Positions 37,792 through 48,869 of a DNA stretch of 64,000 bases are shown here, piece by piece. Location: NCBI RefSeq assembly GCF_021028975.2, contig NC_059425.1:65224001-65288000 (forward strand), read 5' to 3'. A program made the position numbers and the translations under genes. The stretch comes from Sphaerodactylus townsendi (Eukaryota). Numbering within the stretch: the first letter of the stretch is position 1; every line of letters starts with the position of its first letter. The notes under the pieces were generated by a model that saw nothing but the letters and a program-made list of their open reading frames with translations, did not search any database and was not told where the DNA came from.

Positions 37792-38093
37792 TAGAAGAAG
37801 AAGAAGGATAAAAGTTGGATTTATATCCCCCTCTTTCTCTCCTGTAGGAGACTCAAAGGGGCTTACAACTCCTTTCCTTTCCCCCTTCACAACAAACACC
37901 CTGTAAGGTAGGTGGGGCTGAGAGACCTCTGAAGAACTGTGACTAGCCTAAGGTCACCCAGCTGGTGTGTGTGGGAGTGCACAGGCTAATCTGAATTCCC
38001 CAGATAGGCCTCCACAGCTGAGGTAGCAGAGCGGGGAATCAAACCCGGTTCCTACAGCTTAGAGTACACCTGCTCTTAACCACTATGCCACTG
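37792..38093 (-). mobile_element. Squam3-like SINE (full length)
   Basis: Head gcatagtggttaagagcagg and box B gggtttgattcccc on the minus strand; (CTT)n tail. Confidence 0.85.
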
Positions 38094-38165
38094 CTACTCA
38101 TATACACCTCCTCTTAGAAACATCCATGTGCTCACCCACTGGAGAAGATTAATATGTTCTTTTTG

Positions 38166-38349
38166 GGGTGCTGTGTGGTTTCCAGGCTGTATGGCCGTGT
38201 TCTAGCAGCATTCTCTCCTGACGTTTCACCAGCATCTGTGGCTGGCATCTTCAGAGGATCTGATAGTAGGAAAGGAAAGCAAGTGGAGTATATATACCTG
38301 TGAGTAAAGGTCAATAGGTGAGGGCATCTGAATAGGAGTGGCCTGGCAA
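38166..38349 (-). mobile_element. Penelope terminal fragment inserted in the polypyrimidine tract of coding exon 4
   Basis: 12-bp TSD ATGTTCTTTTTG (38154-38165 and 38350-38361). Confidence 0.88.
38216..38258 (-). ncRNA. Minimal type I hammerhead ribozyme motif (PLE-type)
   Basis: UCCU-CUGAAGA-U-GCCAGC(cacagau)GCUGGU-GAAAC-GUC-AGGA. Confidence 0.7.
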
Positions 38350-38369
38350 ATGTTCTTTTTGTTTTCCAG

Positions 38370-38506
38370 TTCTGGCATTTTGGCAAATGGGTTGATGTGG
38401 TAATAGATGATCGACTGCCAGTAAATGAAGCAGGTCAACTTGTTTTTCTCTCATCTGTTTGTAAGAACCTGTTCTTGGGAGCTCTTCTGGAAAAGGCTTA
38501 TGCCAA
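38370..38506 (+). CDS. CAPN14: CAPN14 coding exon 4 ([17 protein letters not shown]...ALLEKAYAK)
   Basis: ttccag| acceptor, AA|gtaagt donor, 137 nt. Confidence 0.95.
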
Positions 38507-38668
38507 GTAAGTGAACAGAAACATTAAGGAATTATTAATTACAGTACATGTTACTATATGTAACATAGGACACATGACCATTCCAAATCTTTGGAGTTTT
38601 TCCTTGGTTCTAGATTGCAATTAGTTGACCAAATAAATGAAAAATGCTTGTACTAATGTTCTTTACAG

Positions 38669-38843
38669 GCTATGTGGTTCCTATGAAGATTTACAGATTG
38701 GCCAAGTGTCAGAAGCTCTGGTAGACTTTACAGGTGGAGTTAACATCACAATAAAACTGACCGAAGCACCACCTGACCTCTGGGATATACTGACAAGATC
38801 AACTTACAGCAGATCATTGATATGCTGCCAGACCCATTTAGGG
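38669..38843 (+). CDS. CAPN14: CAPN14 coding exon 5 (LCGSYEDLQIGQVSEALVDFTGG...CQTHLG)
   Basis: Branch-point-like TACTAAT at 38651, tacag| acceptor, GGG|gtaaga donor, 175 nt. Confidence 0.95.
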
Positions 38844-39671
38844 GTAAGAATTATTATCTTTTTAATAATCACATTTATGTCTCATCTTTCCTTCAAAGAG
38901 TTTCTGGAGATTATCCCATTTTATCCTAATGATTCTCTGTAAATTAGCTGAGAGATAGCAACTGGTCCAAGATCACCAGTGAGTGTAAGAGTGGACCAGT
39001 GATTTGAACATGTCTTCTCCAAACCCAAATTAACACTTAGACTATTAAATCAAATTGATTCCTGATAAGTTACTGTTACATCAATTTCAGGTTGGGTTCT
39101 TGCCTAGAAAAATTTCCTTCCTAATGTGAATTGCAAAATGATAATTTAGCTCTCCTTCCCCTATCCCTCAGTTAATTTCTATTTGTGTGTAGGCAATATA
39201 TAGCTCTCAACACAGTTGCCAGATTTTGGCAAAGGAAACTCAAGACATCTGTGGGGTAATAAATCATTACAAGTAATAAATTCACCTCCTGCTGTGTGGC
39301 TGCTGTAATCATACACACCCAAGACTGTGAAATTAAGGTCTGTTAATTGTGTAAGTATGCTGGTAGGGTGGAGTTAATGGTGAACATCTCCCCAAGGTGG
39401 TATTTATAAGCAGATCAAAGTCCTTTGCTCTGGGATTTGGTAGATGTCATCCTCAGAGGGAGAGTTTCCACTTAGTGCATATATCATGGTAATGCTTGAA
39501 AAAGTATCCAGTCTTATCAACTCCACACACCCTACCTAAACTATGGGGCAATTTGCTTTCAGACTGGGCCAAGTAAATGCCACAATGAAGAAGGAGAAGG
39601 TTTGTACCATATGTTTCTTCTGAACTGGTCTATGACTGTAAAATAAATAAACTAAATAAAACATATGTTTC

Positions 39672-39928
39672 TTAACTGTAAGGAGTCTCAAAGCAGCTTA
39701 CAGACTCCTTCCCTCCCTCTCCCCACAACAGACACCTTGTGAGGTAGTGGGACTCAGAGAGTTCTGAGAGAACTGTGAGCAGCTCAAGGTCACCCAGCTG
39801 GCTTCATATATAGGAGTGTGGAAACAAGCCTGTTTCACTGGATTTGAGTCTGCTGTTCATGTGGAGAAATAGGGAATGAAATCTGGTTCTCCAGATTAGA
39901 GTCCACCTCTACTGTACCACACTGGCTC
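39672..39928 (-). mobile_element. Squam3-like SINE
   Basis: Family body and head on the minus strand. Confidence 0.8.
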
Positions 39929-40512
39929 TTAGTTCAAAGGCAGTAATATCCACCAATTATGGTTAATCTCCAGAGGTTGGAAGTCCCAAGAAACAGCAGT
40001 TTGGGGACTCTACAAATAACAACTGATAGGCTTATATTTTTGTAATCCCTTAAAACTGTTTAATCTAGTATTCATTACAACATCCCCTGGCAATAATTCA
40101 GTCAGTTAATTATGTCTTGAGCAAACACGTAATTTTGTTTTCTTAATTTTTTTTTTAAATGCAGCCTGCTCATTTGATTCTAAATTTTTGTTATGCTGAG
40201 AGAAGAGAGAGTGAATAATTGTCCCTGTTTCATTTCTTTTCACCACCCATAATCTTGCAAGCTCCACCTTAGTCTTTTTTAAAAAGCTAAATACTTTTCT
40301 TCATTTCCCCTAACTCCATAATAGGCCAAACAACTGTCAAATGAAAATTAAGGGAGCATGATTTCTCCCCATGCTTGCTTTGTTACATCTAGGCTTCCAT
40401 AAAGCTAAAAAACAAACAAACAAGCAAGTGATCTGGGACCAGGCCTTTCAGTCTGACAGGACTTGGTTGCAGTGGTACCCTACTGCAAATGCACCATACT
40501 AAAATAATTTTG

Positions 40513-40938
40513 GGTGCTGTGTGGTTTCCGGGCTGTATGGCCGTGTTCTAGCAGCATTCTCTCCTGACGTTTCGCCTGCATCTGTGGCTGGCATCTTCAG
40601 AGGATCTGATGTTGGGAAAGCAAGTGGAGTATATATCTGTTGGAGTGTCCAGGGTGGGTGGGGAAAACCTTGTCTGTGAGTAACAAAGAAGGCAACCAGG
40701 TCAATAGTTGAGGGCATCTGAAAAGAAGTATGAGTAACAATGAAGACTATAGCCTGGGAGTAACACTGTAGATAGCACAGTCACTGGTGGGAGCATCTGA
40801 ATAGAAGTATCCTGGCCTTTGTTTCTTTTGTCTATGGTCATCCTGTGTTTGTGTGGAGCTGGTTAGACACTGTCTTGACTCTAGTATTTTTCAACACTGG
40901 CAGCCAATAAATAATTTTTGGCAGCCAAAAATAATAAT
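40513..40938 (-). mobile_element. Penelope 3' fragment (ORF end WLPVLKNTRVK...* plus terminal repeat)
   Basis: 13-bp TSD TAAAATAATTTTG (40500-40512 and 40939-40951); contains a hammerhead motif. Confidence 0.88.
40562..40604 (-). ncRNA. Minimal type I hammerhead ribozyme motif (PLE-type)
   Basis: UCCU-CUGAAGA-U-GCC(...)GGC-GAAAC-GUC-AGGA; helix III reduced to palindromic ACGU. Confidence 0.75.
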
Positions 40939-41270
40939 TAAAATAATTTTGTTGGCAGACTATCACACTACCTTAGAGGTTCCTAGGTACCAGAGAATCT
41001 TCACTTTGGCTTGTTACAATGCCTTGCCCTCAGCTTTTCTGGAAGGCAGATGCCTTCACATTTCTTATTCCCAGCGGGTTTGCCATTGTTAAATGCAAAA
41101 GGTTGAGACAATTGATCATTTATTATTACACTGTCCTTATTATAATGATATATGCTCCCAGCACATTATATCCATTTTAATAAATTCTCCAGGAAGATCA
41201 GAGCAATTATACACTGCCCTCCTCCTTCCATACTTCTCCAAATAAATTATTTGTAATGTAACACATATAC

Positions 41271-41472
41271 NNNNNNNNNNNNNNNNNNNNNNNNNNNNNN
41301 NNNNNNNNNNNNNNNNNNNNNNNNNNNNNNNNNNNNNNNNNNNNNNNNNNNNNNNNNNNNNNNNNNNNNNNNNNNNNNNNNNNNNNNNNNNNNNNNNNNN
41401 NNNNNNNNNNNNNNNNNNNNNNNNNNNNNNNNNNNNNNNNNNNNNNNNNNNNNNNNNNNNNNNNNNNNNNNN
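41271..41472. other. Assembly gap (202 N)
   Basis: Read directly from the sequence. Confidence 1.
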
Positions 41473-41843
41473 AAAGCAGATGGTTGAATCTTCAAATAAC
41501 TGACCCCCTCTATTGTTAAATTAGTACAAGAATTTGAAATGTTGGATTATATTGGCACATCTAAGTCTTTTCTATTGGTCTAGGTATTGTATATAACGGT
41601 TTTAATTGTTTTTATTAATACTTTCTGAGCTGATGTTGAATCAATATAAACTGAACTGAACTGAACAGGCCAAACAATGAGTCTCCAAGGAAGTGTCCCT
41701 CAAGCTGCAGAAGGCACTTCAAAAAGAGCCAAATGCCCACTGCTTTCTCATAAATACAGATCATGTTGCGTCATTAATCACTAGGGAACATGGTTGAGAC
41801 CATGGTTAAACTCAGTGGCTATTTTTTATATCCTTCTATACAG

Positions 41844-41909
41844 AAAACAAGAGTTCTCGAGAATGGACTGGTAGCAAGCCATGCCTATACAATGACTGGC
41901 ATACGAAAA
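41844..41909 (+). CDS. CAPN14: CAPN14 coding exon 6 with catalytic His (CAT 41880-41882): KTRVLENGLVASHAYTMTGIRK
   Basis: tacag| acceptor, AAA|gtgagt donor, 66 nt. Confidence 0.94.
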
Positions 41910-42356
41910 GTGAGTCCACATCTTTTTTGGGTAGTTCCATATGGGTTTAAAAAAAATTTGGCCAGTGTCTACACTCTTATGTTTCATTTGATTATGGCAT
42001 TTTGATATGACCATAAAATGGTACCTTCCCTGGACCCAGAAGTGTTTGGATCTTGTAGCATTTCTTTCCATATCTTTTTGTTCCAAAAGACCTATCTTGC
42101 CAACTTCTTTTAGCTCTTACCCCATAGTGATAACTGTCCCAACCAGCTGTCCCTTGTTTCTCTTAATGAATAACCTTCTTATCTTTGTGCATCTCAGTTG
42201 TCCTTGGGGATCAGTGACACCTCACACTTGTCCCCATGTCATCTGGATTTTCTTCACTCCCCTCCCCACTTGTTATCTCTTGTTGCTTTGGTCTTTCTTG
42301 GCTCGCCATAGCCTCTCTCACTCTATTTTTCCTGTGCACCATGCTGTTTCTGACTA

Positions 42357-43726
42357 GGGCCCCTTCTGCACAGGCCAAAAAACATGGCTGAAGGCCACTA
42401 TTTAAACCATTTTTGGTGGAGGAAACTTCCCACAGTTCCTGTCCCCACAACAAGTCAGGGCCACATTAAAGTGGCCAAGCCGCTTTCAAAAGTTGCTGAA
42501 AAAGCAACTCTTTCAGAAAAACTTGGTTGTGAGCTGCCGCTGAGCAAACAGTCAGTCTGGAGACAGGTTTGCAGGGGCGTAACGAGGCAGCCCTGGGCAA
42601 ACTGTAGCCCTGGGCAAAACCTGAGTTGGATGCCCCCGCCCGCCATGGGCGGCCACTCCACCACGACCAAATTTCTTTTTGCACCAGGACATTGGTGCCT
42701 GCAGGAGGTGCATTTTTAGACATATAAACACCATAATTTCAGCATATCATCAGGGGACTGTCCTTATGCTACTCCCCAAGTTTGGTGAGGTTTGGTTCAA
42801 GGAGTCCAAAGTTATGGACTCCCAAAGGGGGTGCCCCATCCCCCATTGTTTCCAATGGGAGCTAATAGGAGATGGGGGCTACAGTTTTGAGGGTCCATAA
42901 CTTTGGCCCCCCTGAACCAAGCTGCACCAAACTTGGGGGGTGCCATCATCTCCAGATGATACCCTGAAATTTTGGTGCTGATACATCCAAAAATGCACCC
43001 CCTGCAGGAACATCCTAGAAATTTGCCCAAGAATCATTGTTCTGCATTGAGTTTTCTGCATTGCTGTCAATAGGGGTTGCAGGCTGGGGGGGGCACATTT
43101 CTGAAGGCACAGTCTCAAAACTTTCAGGGTCTCATCAGGAGACTGCCCTAATGATACCCCCCAAGTTTGGTGCAGTTTGGTTCAGGGGGGCCAAAGTTAC
43201 CGTGCCCCCTGCAGGCAAATAATGGAAAACCACTAAAATACGCAAAAACAAACCCAGCATTTTGATGCCCCCCACAAGGTGATGCCCTGGGCAGCTGCCC
43301 ACCTTGCCCAATGGGCATTACGCCAGTGCAGGTTTGTTATTCCCGCCTCCTGCAATGGCGCTTCTACGGGTGGTGGCTCACAGCTGGCTTGCCAGTGCCA
43401 TGAGCGTGGTTGCAGGCTGCCTGGCTCTGTGGGCACCTGAGGGTGCACCCCAAGGCTTGGCAGCAGGGTCCCCACTGGCTGGCAACAGCCAGACGGGCCT
43501 GTGTGGGGTTTTTTGATTTGCTTTCTGTGCGTTGTCTCTGTGTAGCTACGCAAGCACAACCAGGAAATTTTTTTAAGTCCATGAAGTGCCTTCATGCAAA
43601 GGCATGTGGATCAGCCGAATCACTCGCTGACCACAGGATGGCCACCCACGCGATCGGTCCACGGGGAAGACAGCTTCATTTATGACTGGTGCAACCCATT
43701 GTACTGTGGCTGTGTGGAAGGGGCCC
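42357..43726. mobile_element. Harbinger-type non-autonomous element hosting a nested hAT
   Basis: TIRs GGGCCCCTTCTGCACAG / CTGTGTGGAAGGGGCCC; TSD unclear. Confidence 0.7.
42572..43328. mobile_element. Non-autonomous hAT element (nested)
   Basis: TIRs CAGGGGCGTAA / TTACGCCAGTG; exact 8-bp TSD CAGGTTTG. Confidence 0.9.
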
Positions 43727-44838
43727 AACAGAAGTATAGGAAGTCTAAGAAAGGAAAGCCCACTCCTTTTGCTGTATCAATAAAAGTGCTGTTCAATAGG
43801 TGGTCCAAAGGCCATATCAAATGCACCAGGGATCTTTGACTGGACTGCTGAAATTTCTGTGACCTCCTCAATATTGTGTTTATACCTTTTATCTATTTTA
43901 ATTGGTTTCTAGCAGTTGGAATCCAAGATTTACCAATGTGTGAGCATTGTGAACAAGACCCAGCCCTGCTGCCATGTTTTGTGCACTTTTACAATTTAAA
44001 AACAAAATGAAAAATCCTCCACAATATAAACCAAAGATGGTGTATGATCTTGCACTGAAAAACATATGGTTTTAATGGTCTGTCAGAACTGGGTGTAGTG
44101 GTTATTGCTTTCTGACAATGATGTTGATATATAAAAGCCTTGACAAGTAGAGAACCAGATGGAGCGTGGGATCTTCTGCATGTAACACACACAAAAATAC
44201 CTCTGAGTGATGGTTCTGCTCTAAAAATGGCAACTGAAGCTGGGAGGTTCTCACAGACAACAGGTACAGCACATGGGTGGAATGGGTTATGGCTCTGAGG
44301 AAGCAGATCTAAATGAATGGTGGTGCTTCTGTAATCATTTAATTGGATACAGCTGATCTAGAGTCTTTTAGTTATGAGAATGACCTTGGACAATGACAAT
44401 GTTGTAGACGGTATGAGGGAACTTTTGATGTACATTATTCTCCTTACTTTCAATACTATCAAGCTTTATTGAAGATGATGAGAGCATGAAAATGGTTTCT
44501 TTTTTAGAGCTGCTCTCCTTTTAGTGACATGAATAAAACATAGATGATAATAGCTGGGCCCGTGTGTAAATCAAAGGCAGTAATTGATTCACGAGTCTCT
44601 GTTGATAACAGAGCCTGCAAGTGTATGGTAAGCTGAGCTGAGTTACATTTCCTTTCAGCAGAAATGAGAACTAGTGAATGGTGAGCACATGCTTCAGGTG
44701 CTATGTTTTTGACCATAATTCAATAAAGCACACAACAGGGTGAACTACATCTGCACTTCCTTAATTCTTGCTAAACATATTTATCCCCAATACTGATAAA
44801 TCTGGAAATGGAAATATCCAGAGGCAAATTACAACAGC

Positions 44839-45144
44839 GGGCCTTTCCCCACTTACCTTAAGCCCCGCGCTACTTGAGGAGAGTAGCGCGGGGTCCCCTG
44901 GCACTCCCCACGAGAGGGGTGGTGACAGCGCAGCCGCCCCGACGCTGCTGCTGTCACGCCCCCTTAGCTCACGGCATCCCTGGCGCTCTTGCAAAGGGCG
45001 CCTTTTGATGACCCCGCGCAGAGCGCGGGGTTGTGGGCATGCCGGGGCACGTGCCAGGGATGCCGCACGCTGAGAGCAGCGCGCCAGGGATGCCACGTGC
45101 CGAGAGCAGCGCGCAGCATAGGGGGGATCCGGTGGGAAACACCC
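44839..45144. mobile_element. CpG-rich Harbinger-type MITE
   Basis: TIRs GGGCCTTTCCCCAC / GTGGGAAACACCC; 3-bp flanks AGC and AGC; internal short tandem duplication. Confidence 0.7.
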
Positions 45145-45934
45145 AGCATTTGCTTGAACTAACTGATATTATTTGGCAAGGTGTATTTTTACCCACAGTC
45201 ATTCTCCTGTACTTCAGCAAGCATCTCTGTTCTTCAACAAGGGTCCAGTGGATGACATAATGAGTTACATCTCCAGCTATCTGAGCCTTTGCTGCTGCTT
45301 CTTATGCCTTCCTAATGCTCTGCTGCGATGTTTTGCTGCATATGATTGCAGCCATCACAAGCAACTCCCAGACACCATCTTTCCTTCTCTGTACACCTAT
45401 GTAAACTGAGTCAACCTGCTAGATAGAGATGACTCTCTTTGGATTTTACTCTTGGAAACGGGATCCAGCTGTCACTGCTCTGCCCTTAACCGATCTTGCT
45501 AAACATCATAATGAAGACAGAAGTAGGGATTGGTAACTGTTTGAGATTTCTTAGTCTGGATTAAAGAATGGGCCAAAAATGGGAAGGAGAGAAAGCAATG
45601 TGCTACTGAAGAGACCTGATATTACTTCTAGTGTGTGCTGAACAGTCTAGTAAAAAATAAACTGGGTGGAATTCTTTCTGTGGACCATAATTGGTATGGG
45701 ACCAAAACATGGAGGCAATGACAGTCAGGCTATTAAGGATCCATGTAAGAATATGATGGTTTAGTTTTGGCTACCACAACTCAGACAAATTGGGAAGCAC
45801 CCTCAGAAATTGTTTGGGTTTCCTGAGCCTCTGGTGGAGGGAAAATCTACAGATGAGGCTGACTTCAGATACCCTTGCTGCTGCAAACAAGACAAAAGGA
45901 TGTTAAACACAAGAGGGATTTTGTGATGAACATA

Positions 45935-46427
45935 GGTCATTTCCGCGTGGCAGAATTATACCGGTAGCATTGGTTCCTTACAATCCTGGTCTGTTTTATC
46001 CTGGTTTTTCCATTTGCATGGCTGCCCGTTTTGTGAAGGAGTCCAGTGAAGACCGGGAGGAAATACTCCAATTTCTTTTGCACGAGCCCGGGACTTCTGT
46101 ATTTACATTGCAAGCGTATCTGAGCATGCCTGGTGTCCTGCTTTCTGATTGGCTGTTGTTTTTGAGTGGCAGCTTGAATGAATGTCAGGTGGGGAGATCA
46201 GGCAGTTGGGCGGGAAAAATAAATACCTGATTGGAGTTCACACAGTAACAGGCTCACCCTTGGATTTTTGAAAAGAATCACCAATTTGGCAATTTTTGAA
46301 TACCCTGGGATGAGGGAAATATTGTGGGGCAAACTCGTTTTAGGACTGGGAACCATGCAAACTTCTTGGCTGCACATGAATATTTTCCTTGCTCAATCCA
46401 GGATATTTTGACTGTGCGGAAATGACC
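45935..46427. mobile_element. Harbinger-type MITE
   Basis: TIRs GGTCATTTCCGC / GCGGAAATGACC; 3-bp TSD ATA. Confidence 0.85.
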
Positions 46428-46566
46428 ATATTTAGGACTAAGCTGCTAAAAAAAAATTGTAGGCAAAACTCGACAGCTTGAATTGCTGCCAGGTTATTAT
46501 AAGCAGCTGGTACAGCTGGGCATTGAACAGTGGCCTTGTAAAAGCAATGCATTTTTGTTTTGACAG

Positions 46567-46652
46567 GTGACTTGCAAACATGGACCAGAGTATTTAGTAA
46601 GACTAAGGAATCCTTGGGGGAAGGTTGAATGGAAAGGCGATTGGAGTGACAG
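46567..46652 (+). CDS. CAPN14: CAPN14 coding exon 7 with catalytic Asn (AAT 46609-46611): [28 protein letters not shown]
   Basis: gacag| acceptor, AG|gtgagt donor, 86 nt. Confidence 0.95.
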
Positions 46653-47016
46653 GTGAGTGTTTATAGCAGGGTCTCCAGTGGAATGCTCATGCAATGTGGT
46701 TGGCTCACTGGCTTCTGCAGAGTAGCTTGAATAGCTCCCTGAGGATCCAAGAAAAGATCCTGAAAAGGTCTACTCTAGGTTTTTTAAAAATGTTTTTATT
46801 TCATACTATTTTTCTCTGAGCTGCTTATCCGGTCTGGTGTTCTTCCAAGTACATGTTCTTATTCTGGGAGAGAACCAAAAATTGTAACATGCAATGGGTG
46901 GGGAATACCTTTGGATATTTTTGATAATTCAGAAGTAGTTCTCATTAAAGAAAAGTTTGACAGGTGAGCCCTGGATTATGGCAGTAAAAGAGCAAATATT
47001 TGACAGGCAGAAATCA

Positions 47017-47035
47017 CACTGCCATCTGCTGGCAG
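47017..47035 (-). promoter_or_regulatory. CTCF-like motif (CCAGCAGATGGCAG)
   Basis: Matches the CTCF core consensus on the minus strand. Confidence 0.45.
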
Positions 47036-47204
47036 AGCTTAATGAAGGCAATCTTGTTTGTGATGATATCAAGGTTAAATTAATTTAGGTGCCCACAGCT
47101 CAAAAGGTCAGTTCATTATAGTGAAACATTGCACTGTGATGATATGACAAAATGCAGACATTTTGTAACCCCTGATACACTTAGCCCAACACATACCTAA
47201 GCCG

Positions 47205-47783
47205 CAGCATAGTCAAGATGATTAAAGGACTGGACCACCTTTCCTATGAGGAAAAGCTGCAGAATGTGGGACTTTTCAGTGTGTGTGGGGGGGCGGGGGG
47301 GGGGGGGGGGGAAGAGGGAGGGGGTGATAGAGGTCTGAAAAATTGTGCACAATCATACAAATATTATTTTTCTCCCTCTCCCAAAATACCAGAACCCAGG
47401 GGCATCCAATTAAGTTGATGGGCTGTAGATTCAGAATAGACAAAATGACAGAATTCTTTATTCAGCAAGTGATTAAAAGTTGAAATTTGCTGCCAGAGGA
47501 TGTAGTCATGGCCACAAGCATGGACATCTTTAAAATGAGATTAGCCAGATGCATGTAAAATAGGACTATCTGTGGCTACTAGCCATGGCAACTAAAGGAA
47601 ACCTCCAAATTCAGAAGCAGCAAACCTCTTAAAATTAGTGCCAGGAGGCAACATTGGGGAAAGCCTCATCCTCTATGCCCTAATGTTGGCCCTACTGTGT
47701 GAGACTGATTAGCTACTGTGTGAGATAGGATGCTTGAGTAGATAGGCCATTGGTCTTATCCAGTGGTGCTCTTCTTATGTTCA
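47205..47783 (+). mobile_element. CR1 LINE 3' fragment
   Basis: MIKGLDHLSYEEKLQNVGLFS, then the TRGH.KL pattern, ending ggccattggtc..atccag...cttcttatgttc. Confidence 0.85.
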
Positions 47784-48159
47784 CTACTGCAAAATGCCAG
47801 GGAGAGTAGGCCCAGCACAGACCTTGCAGAGCATTGGAAAAAAAAGAGAGGAATTTCTGCAGATGCTGCATGTAATTGAGAAAAATTTGCATTTGCTGAA
47901 ATGACTGGACCTGTGCCACTTTCCACATGGTAAACCTGTGCTCTGTTGCATTCATCTCCAGTTAGGGTTTCCTGATGTAGTAGTTTTCAAACTTCTTCCC
48001 CTTAAGGCCCTCTTCAGGTCTCAGAGTATTTACTGTGGAACCCATAAGTATTTCAGAGGATTCTGGCCAAACATCTTGGGTGTACAACCACTTTACACAG
48101 TTGAACTGCTATACACAGCAGTCTTAGCGAGACCTGCATGTCCAAGAACAATTGGATTG

Positions 48160-48371
48160 GGGTGCTGTGTGGTTTCTGGGCTGTATGGCTGTGTTGTAGC
48201 AGCATTCTCTCCTAATGTTTCGCCTGCATCTGTGGCTGGCATCTTCAGAGGATGCCAGCCACAGATATAGGCGAAACGTCAGGAGAGAATGCTGCTAGAA
48301 CACAGCCATACAGCCCGGAAACCACACAGCACCCCATTGATTCCGGCTGTGAAAGCCTTTGACAATACACT
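48160..48371. mobile_element. Head-to-head inverted pair of Penelope terminal repeats
   Basis: Arms of about 90 bp mirrored around 48250; 14-bp TSD GAACAATTGGATTG (48146-48159 and 48372-48385). Confidence 0.9.
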
Positions 48372-48528
48372 GAACAATTGGATTGTCTGACACTACCATG
48401 TTTGTCACTGATCAATCCTGAATGGCTTTTTGTGAGCGCCAAGGCCGATCTTTTGTGACAATCTCTGTAGGCATTCTTTTTAGAAGGATATGTGTGGGGG
48501 GTGGGGGGTAGGTTGACAGGGCCTAGAG

Positions 48529-48725
48529 TAGGGTTGCCAACCTCCTGGTGGTGATTGGAGAGCTCCTGCTATTACAGCTGATCTCCAAGTCACAGGGATC
48601 AGTTCACCTGGAAAAAATGGCCAATGTGGACTCTATGGCATTATACCCCACTAAAGTCCTGCCTTTCCCCAAGCCCCACCTTTCTCAGGTTCCAGGTATT
48701 TCCCAACCTGAAGTTGGCAACCCTA
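48529..48725. mobile_element. hAT MITE with TAGGGTTGCCAAC termini
   Basis: TIRs TAGGGTTGCCAAC / GTTGGCAACCCTA; TSD GCCTAGAG / GCCTAGGG. Confidence 0.88.
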
Positions 48726-48869
48726 GCCTAGGGGCATGGCTTATAGATTTAACTACAGAGCTACTATTCACTCCTCTCTCATAATTTGAGCACTGCAGAA
48801 AAGTTGTCTATAATACAATAATGCTTAATAAGCAATGTTTTTTTAAAAATATTTTTCTGGTCTCATTAG

